From the NCBI GenBank assembly GCA_028534125.1, contig CM052817.1, forward strand, positions 50,904,001 to 50,968,000: 64,000 nt of DNA. The letters run 5' to 3'. Below are positions 55,701 to 64,000 of the stretch, in pieces. The stretch is from Lama glama. Lineage: Eukaryota. The position numbers and the translations under genes are program-made. The stretch's first letter is position 1, and each line of letters opens with the position of its first letter. The notes below the pieces were generated by a model that saw only the letters and a program-made list of their open reading frames with translations, was not told the DNA's origin and searched no databases.

Positions 55701-58299
55701 AAATTGCTGAGCTCAATATTAGTATGGAGATTGGAGATAGAGGAATACATAGAACAGACAGGTCTTGGCACTCATGGAGCTTGAATTCCATAAAAGGAGG
55801 AAGCATAAAATGAGCAAGTGAACAAATGAGAGGTGAAAATTTTCTAAATCTAGACATAGACTAAAAATGTTCTGAAGGCTTTAATTTAGGAGCATACACA
55901 ATATTTTTGAAGGAATAATAAAGTAATTAGTAAATGATATGGAGAAAGGAGAGAAAATTATTTTTTCAACATACTATTTACTCTCCTTTATCTTATTTCA
56001 AAGTAAATCAACAAAAGAAGCTTCCTTGTCTTACAAGTTAAGCATCTCATGAGAAGCTGCAATCAAAAAAGCCTTTAGACTGATATCCACAGAGTACCAT
56101 TTGTACTATATTCTATTTTTATTTTTCTTGTTAAAAATCTTTAAAAATGAAGCCTTGTAGAAAGAAAAACAATTGAATATGAGATTGTTAGACATGCTTT
56201 TTTCTTTCTCGAACCTCTCTTCCCCTCTATCCCTCTTTTTTTTTTTTCAAATTTATACTGAATCCTTTCTTTGAAAAGTATATTCTAGGCCAGCTGTTGC
56301 CAGGCATAAATGTCTCCACCTCCATGGCTGGACTTGTCCCACGGGCTTCACACTCAACTGCATATTGGGGTCAATTTATTTCACGGTTTCTACTGTCATA
56401 TGTGTTTGAGAGAAAGTGAAAATGTTTATTGAATTGCTTAATGGTTATGTTTAGCAAATTTGTTTGCCAGTATGCTATGTTACTCTATATGCCAATCGGG
56501 AATCCCCTTTACAATCTAAGGTGCCCTGTCTTCATCTTTATCCTCAGAATACACCTAGGCTAAGTTCCAGGTCTTTTTTATAACCTTAGGGGATGTTTTC
56601 TCCTTAAAATTATTTCACTATTCTTCTAAATGAGGAGATCATTATTGTTTTGAATAAATGAATATCTGTAACAAATTCAATATTCTTAGAGATATCTGAT
56701 ATGGGCTTAATTGGGCTCTCCTGCAGGCTACAGGATAATTAGTTGAATACGATGGTTTAGTAAGCCTTGACTTCTCTGCTCGGTTAAATTAATAACTACT
56801 GGTGGTTCACTAGCAGGATTTCCAAAAGATGGTGAGAATTTTCTCAGTAATATAACAAGGCAAAATTTTGTTCACCTGTGGGCTGCTTTCCATAGGGTAT
56901 CAGAATTCAAATAGATATACTTAACTCTAGAAAAAAATGGAATAGAAAGCTTAGCAAATTCAGCTTGATAACTTCTTTGAGAAAGGTTTATGAAGAGAAA
57001 CATTGTGGTAACACGTGGAACCATACTTTACTAGGAGCTTACAGTAATGCTGCTGATTACTTTTCCCTTCAAGAGAAGTGACTCCTAAAAATGAAGATTG
57101 CTTCACACTCATGATTAAAGCACACACTCTGGTTATGGGTAAAGTATGAGCCACTTATCCTTGCATAATTCAGAGCTTCACAACTCCAAACTGCATGAGC
57201 ACCACTGGAAACCAAAACAATAAATAAATAAAAGCTTTTGTCTGCATTTTATGGAAAGAGATCAAAATGACAGAGTTAGCTCTAATCTCAATAACCATTT
57301 TATCTCCCAGTTTTTCTCTTGAATGCAATATAGGCCTCAGAAGTAGACAAAGAGGCACAAAAGCAGTGGTTATGTTATATAATTAAACTGAAAGGCATTT
57401 GAAGTTCATTAAGAAAATTTATATTTTTACACAGGTAGAAACCTTACATCAGAGATGGTAGATTTTTTTCAGAAACATTGCTCTCCCTGCTCAAAATATC
57501 TCAACCTTCATAGTTAGAAACTATTTGGCTAGCTGGTATTTTTAACCAGATTAATACTATTATTTTTACAAATGAGTGTGCATATCTTTTAGTTTACATG
57601 TACTTTAACAAATACAGGAATATAACTTATATCTTAAATACTCATTAATTTCACCAGAGTAATGCCCAGAGGCTTACACTGGCATTCCTATTAATGACAT
57701 ATAGACTCAAGACTTTTTCTTATGTAGCATAGCAAGTTACTCCTAAATCCAGAATCTTTCTCTCCGTCTATTAACTGTTTTTCCAGTGTTTAAACTGTTC
57801 AAACTAGAGAAAACTAAACATAAGTATATTTTTCTTGATTGAAGTGCCCATCAACAATAAGAAAACTCAAAAATAACAAAGAGGGTTTTTTTTTAATATA
57901 GCATTCAGTTAGATATTTATTAAATTATAGGCGCATGTTCATTATCAATCTGTGCATATATGGAGCTTGTAAATTAAGTATAAATAATGTAAGGTCTACT
58001 TCAAGTAGATAAAAAAATGTAATTTAAAATTCCTCATAACCTCATTGAAATGAGAGAAAACAGTTTAAATAAAGGGGTGTGTGTGTCTGTCTGTAAGCAA
58101 AAGAAGAATTGCCAAAACAAAGAGATAATATCAGTTGAAGGGGTTGTATATTTTTTCTGTAAAGTAGAAAGTGAAAAATCAGGGGGATAGATAAATCAGG
58201 AAGAAAGCAAAAAACAATTGAGACCTTCTCTTAAGGGGAATCATATACTTCTAAACAGAGACTAGGAAACAAAGTTGGAATCAAGTATTACAAAAACCA

Positions 58300-61145
58300 C
58301 AAAGGTGCTTTTTGGGGGGAACTTCCAGAAAATCAGAAAGGGTTCTTTAAATCTACTCCCCACCTCCACCATGAAAGTTTGCAAACTGGCAAACATTGTC
58401 AAAATCTAATGTTTCAGAACTCTGCAAATAACCAGTTTACAACAATGTGAGGAGTGTTCTTTTCAAGAAAAATGGCTGAATTTTGGTAAATAAATTGTCC
58501 TATTCCAATTGCCCTCTTCTTAGCATCATGATAGCCTTAAAAACCAGCAATCTTGAAACATTTGTGGTTGTGAAGATCAACAGGCTAACAGCCACTAGTG
58601 GGAGAAGATGGGTTTGTAGTCTTTTAAAAAACAAACAAACAAAACATACTCAGAGAAATATCACTGTTTGGCCTTTCTGAAATATCCCTACAAAAGCCAC
58701 TTCCACAGCACTTGTCTTTATTTGACTTGACTCAGACCTTACTCAGTGAGGAAATCCTGATCCCTAGTGTATATGTCAAAAACAATCAACACTAGTTGTT
58801 TTAAAGTGGCTATATTATGTGATGCAGACAAGAAGCTGGCCAAAAATCTTAAAAGGAAAATCTGAAGAATGAGATATCCATGGGGAGCTTTGAAAGTACT
58901 GACATATTCCTGGGAACGTAGAGGTTTATGCTTATAAGCAGGTCTATGTGCATGCCTAGGAAAGTCCTTAGAAGGTCCTAACCTCTAGTTCCTGACTGAC
59001 CATGGGTCTCTGTATGCATATAAAGTGAAACCTAAAGTGGAGTTGTAAAGTTCATGCCAAATCTCTAACACAACAGCACACATGCAGGAAACCTCAGCAA
59101 AATTTGGGAGTCTTACTGATTCAAGAAATATAACAAAATCTATTGGTTGACCACTAAACTAGCTGAGTATGGACTTCTATGCTTGCCCATAACAAAATAA
59201 TACAGAATTATTCCAGGAGAGTCACTATACAAATTAACAATAATGTCAACAACATGAAAAAACCCTGGGGAGAATGGAATCTGATTTTGGAGAACCACAT
59301 TACATTATTTAAAATAACTAGTATTCAACAAAAAATTATGAGACATAGAAATAAACAAAAATGTTTGGTCCATACATGAGAAGAAAAAAATTCAATAGAA
59401 ATGGTCTCTAGTGGGCCCAGATGCTGAACTTACTAAACAGGATTTTTAAAAAGTATTATGAACACGTTCAAAGAACAAAAAGTATCATATCTAAAGAATT
59501 AAAGGAAAATATGGCAATGAATTCACCAAATAGAAAATATCAATAAAGACAGACAATGAAAAATGAATCAAAAAGTTTTCCAAAGTTAAAAAGTAAAATA
59601 CTGAAATGAAAAAAAAATTATTAGAGGACTCAGTAGCAAATCTGAGGTAGAAAAACAAAGAATTAGCTAACCTGAAGATGGGCAATTGAGATTACCCAGT
59701 AGGAGAAATAGGAATGAAGAAAAATAAACAGTACCTCAGAGACCTATGAGACATGTTATTAGTTTCTTTAAACTGCCATAAAAAAATGACAAACTTGATG
59801 GCTTAATATGACAGAAAATTATTCTCACATATCTGGAGGCCAAAGTCCAAATCAAGGTATTATCAAGATTATATTCCCTTCAGAGTGTAAGACAGAATCC
59901 ATTGTTTGTCTCTTCAAGCTGCTGGTATCTACTGGCATTCCTTAAGCTGCCCTGCTCTGATATCTGTGCCTACCATCGTATTGCCTCCTTCTCTTCTATC
60001 TGTTCTACTCCTGTATTTCTTAAAGAACACTTGTAATTGGATATATGGTCCACTTATATAGCTCAGGATGATGTCATCTCTAAAATCTTCAACTTAATTT
60101 GATCTGCAAAGACCTTTTTGTCCAAATAAGGTAACATTCACTGGCTTCAAGGATTTGACATGGCTTTCTTCAAGGGGGTACCATATTTTCAGCCCAACAC
60201 AGAGATCATCAAGCATAAGAACATACACAAAATGGGAGTCCAAGAAGGAGAGGAGAGAGAGAAGGGGCACAAAGAATACTGGAACAATTAATGGACCAAT
60301 ATTCAACAAATCTGATAAAAAGAAAAAAAAAGCTTTAATATTCATATCCAGGAGACTCAACAAGCTCTAAGTAGGTTAAATGTAAGGCAAGCTACCACTA
60401 GATACATTATAGTCAAATTGTCAAAGACCAGAACAAAGGGAGAATCTTGATAGCAGCTGAAGAAAAAATTATTCATCGTGTACAAGAAGTCCTCAATAAG
60501 TCCATCAATTGACTTCTCATAAGTAATTGAAGATACCAGAAAAAAGCTATATGATCTAATCAAAAGGCTGAAAGAAAAAAGTCAACAAAAAATCTATACC
60601 CAACAAAATTATTCTTCAAAATGAAGAATATACAAAGGATGATAGAGACTACTACGAATAACTATATGCCAACAAATTTGATAACCTAGAAGAAATGGAT
60701 ACATTTACAGAAATAAGCAATCACAAAGACCGAATCATGAAGAATTAGAAAGCATGAATAGACTGATTACTAGTAAGGCAATTAAATCGCTAATCAAAAA
60801 TCTCTCAAAGAACAAATGTCCAGGACCAAATGGCTTCATTGGTGAATTCTACCAAATATTCAAAAAGGAGTTAATAACAATCCTTTTCAAACTTCCAAAA
60901 AATAGAAGAGGAAACACCTCTAAACTTATTTTATGAGGCCAGCATTACTCTGATACTAAAAGCAGATAAGGAACACACATACAGACACAAATTATAGGCC
61001 AATCTCTCTGATGAACCTACAAGAAAAAAAGCCTGAATAATATATTAGCAACCCAAATTCAACAGTACATTAAAAAATAATATACTGTAATCAAGAAGGA
61101 TTTATTCTAGGAACACAAAGAAGATTCAATACCTGCTAATCAATG
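58300..61145 (+). mobile_element. Old L1 (L1MC-like): 5' region, ORF1 remnants and an ORF2 fragment, interrupted by an LTR
   Basis: ORF1-like text (agacacattatagtcaaa-like, gacttctca), then ORF2 peptides KCPGPNGFIGEFYQIFKKEL and attataggccaatctctctgatgaac. Confidence 0.75.
59754..60201 (-). mobile_element. MaLR solo LTR (MLT1B/C/D-like)
   Basis: TGT...ACA termini; tctggaggccaaagtccaaatcaagg; tctgcaaagaccttttt...ccaaataaggtaacattcac. Confidence 0.85.
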
Positions 61146-61459
61146 TGAAATGACTGAAATTAAAGTACACTAGACAGTAACTTGAATGCACATGAAAAAA
61201 TAAAGAATACTGGTGAAGTTGGATAGGTAAATATAATATTATAAACGTATTTTTATACAATCCAGTGAGACTCTTCAGATTTACTGTTGTATATACACTA
61301 ATTTTTTTGTGCATATATAATTCAATAAAATTTTATCCCAGGAGTACCTTTATGACACTACCACCACAATCAAGATATGCCACTGTATTATCACTTTGAC
61401 ACTCCCAAGTACTACCTTATATAGTTAGAACCAGTCCCTACCCTAAACCCCATTGTTTT

Positions 61460-61967
61460 CATTAATTTATTTTTACATCATTTTAGGTACACAGCATTTT
61501 GACTGCAATGTAGAGAGAGGTCCCATTTACCCAGTCTCCATACATGTACAACCTCCCCCACTGTCAATATCCCACATCAGAGTGAAATTTTTGTTACAAC
61601 TGATGAACCTACATCGACACATCATTGTGACCCAAGTCCATAGTTTACATTAAGATTCACCCTTGGAGTTGCGTACTCTGTGGGTTTTAACAAGTATATA
61701 ATGACATGGATCCACAATTGTAGTATACAGAGGAGTTTCACTGCCTTAAAATACTTTGTGTCTACCTATTCATACATCCTAGTCCCTGACAACCACTAAA
61801 CCTTTTTTTTTAGAATATCATATAGTTGAAGTCATACTGTATGTAGCCTGTTCAGATTGGCTCCTATCACTTAGTAATATATACTGCTAGTTTATTCATG
61901 TTTATTTTCATAGCTTGATCATTTCTTTTTGCTGCTGAATAATATTCCATTGTCTGTATGTACCACA

Positions 61968-62007
<40 letters not shown>

Positions 62008-64000
62008 CATTCACTGCCTTGTTTCTAAACTTCCAAGTTTTATCACTTGTGATTAAAACTGCTATAAACATCCATGTGCAGACTTTTTTTGTGTGTGGAC
62101 ATAGCTTTTAACTTATTTGTGCAAATACCAAGGACAATTATTGCTAAATCACATGATGAGAGTATATTTAGTTTTGTTAAGAAACCACCAAACTGTTTTC
62201 CAAGGTGGCTGTACTATTTTGCTTTCCCACCAGCAACAGAGTTCCTGTGGCTCCATATACTTAATAGCATTTGGTGTTTTCCGTGTTTTGGATTTTGGGT
62301 TTTAAAATAGATGTGTATGATAGTAATGTTTTGACTTACAATTCGCTAATGACATACCACGTTGAACACTTTTCATAGGCTTATTTGTCATCTGTGGCTC
62401 TTTGGTGACATATCTGATCAGATCATTTGCCCATTATTTTATTTTAAGTTTTTCATTTTCTTATGGTTAAGTTTTAAGATTTCTTTGTATATTTCAGATT
62501 AACATTTTTTTATCATATATGTGTTTTACTATTTTTAGACTATGGCTTATTTTATCATTCTCTTGATGTTGTCTTTATAGACAAAAGTTTTTAATAATAA
62601 AGTCCAGCTCACTGACTCTTTCTTTTATGGACTGACACTTTGGTATTGTATCTAGAGTCATCACCCTATCCAAAGTCACAAAGTCATCTAGGTTTTCTCC
62701 TATGGTATCTTCTATGAGTTTTATAGCTTTGAATTTTTCATTTAGGTCTGTGATCCATTCTGAGTTAATTTTGTGAAGAACATAAGGTTTGTGCCAAGAT
62801 TCATATTTTTGCATGTGGATGTCCAATTGTTTCAGCACCATTTGTTGAAGAGTATTTTTTCTCCATTATAGTATCTCTCCTTTGTCAAAATCAGTTGATT
62901 ATACTTACATGGGTCTATTTCTGTGCTCTGTATTATGTTCCACTGATCTTTTGTCTATATTTCCACCAATACCACACTGTCTTGATTACTGGAGCCTTAC
63001 AGTATGTCTTGCTGTTCAGCAGTGTCAGTCATGTGACTTTATTCTACCTCAGTATTGGTTTTTTTGCTCTCCTTGTAAACTTCAGAATCTGTTCATATCC
63101 ACCAAATAACTTGCTGAGATTTTGATTGTGAGTGCACTGAATTTGTAGATAAAGATGGGAAAGAACTGACATCTTGCCAATACTGATCTTCCTCTGCATG
63201 AACATGGAATATCTTGCCGTTTATTTAGTTCTTTAATTTCACTTATCAAAGTTTTATAGTTTTCCTCATATGGGTCAATATATACATATATGTTAGATTT
63301 ATACCCAAGTATTTCAATTTGGTGGGTGCTAATGTAAATGGAATTGGTTTTGATTTCAAAGTCCACTTGTTCATCATTGGTACATAGAAAAGTGATTGAC
63401 TTTTGTTAGCCTTCTATCCTGAAAACTTGCTATAATTACTTACTAGTTTCAGCAGAGGTTGTTTTTTTTTTTTTTCCTGGTCTGTTATTTTGGACTTTCT
63501 ATGCAGACAATCATGTGATCTGAAAACAAAAAAAATTTACCTTATTAATATGTATACTTTCTTTCTTTTTTTGGCTTATTGCATTAGCTACACCTTCTAG
63601 TTCAATGTTGTAAAACAGTATGAGAGAGACATCTGCTTATTTGTGATTTTACTGTAAAAGCTTCACATTTTTAACTCAAGTATAATATTAACTGTACATT
63701 TTTGTAGATATTCTTTATCAACTTGACATTGTTCCTCTTTATTCCTAGTTTGCTGAGAGTTTTTAATCACAAATGCGTGTTAGGTTTTACCAAATAATTT
63801 TTCTACATTTTGATATAATCATGAGACTCCTCTTCTGTATCCTGTTGATATTATGATTTATGTTAATTGATTTTCAAGTGTTGAACTAGCCTTGAATTTC
63901 TGAGATAAATCCCATTTGGTTGTGGTGTAAAATTCTTTTTATAACTTGTTGAATTCAATTTGTTAATATTTTGTTGAGGATATTTAAGTTCATGAGAGAT
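61460..64000 (-). mobile_element. Old L1 3' half (L1MC1-like), running off the window end
   Basis: Antisense 3' UTR ttgttacaactgatgaacctacatcgacacatcatt...gtccatagtttacatt, then a decayed antisense ORF2 (QDIPCS, KINSEWITDLN). Confidence 0.9.
61968..62007. repeat. Compound (GT)n(AT)n microsatellite
   Basis: Visible dinucleotide runs inside the L1. Confidence 0.95.

Noticed and set aside
57043..57204. 162-nt minus-strand coding exon
   Set aside because: The acceptor is good but all three frames contain stops. A non-coding exon cannot be excluded.

Overview
AT-rich, CpG-depleted mammalian genomic DNA, either intronic or intergenic. A tRNA-Ala-derived SINE that I recall as the camelid Vic-1 family (23586-23703), together with the L1 3' UTR types, points to a camelid (camel, alpaca or llama). 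This assignment is by recognition, not by database search. I recognise no host protein-coding exon and no functional RNA gene. All recognisable ORFs in the track are decayed LINE-1 ORF2/ORF1 fragments; the rest look like chance ORFs. A large part of the window is interspersed repeats: L1 copies of several ages, L2, MIR, MaLR/ERVL LTRs, hAT-Charlie MITEs and microsatellites. A 500-N assembly gap lies inside the longest young L1. I found no convincing new biological system. The best observations are mutational and retrotransposition footprints: two twin-primed (5'-inverted) L1s, a SINE whose tail appears micro-inverted, a perfect 97-bp tandem duplication at an L1 deletion breakpoint, an L1 nested in an L1, and a perfect 16-bp hairpin. 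There are also unverified candidate enhancers and minus-strand splice signals. Boundaries and subfamily names of ancient repeats are approximate and made by eye.
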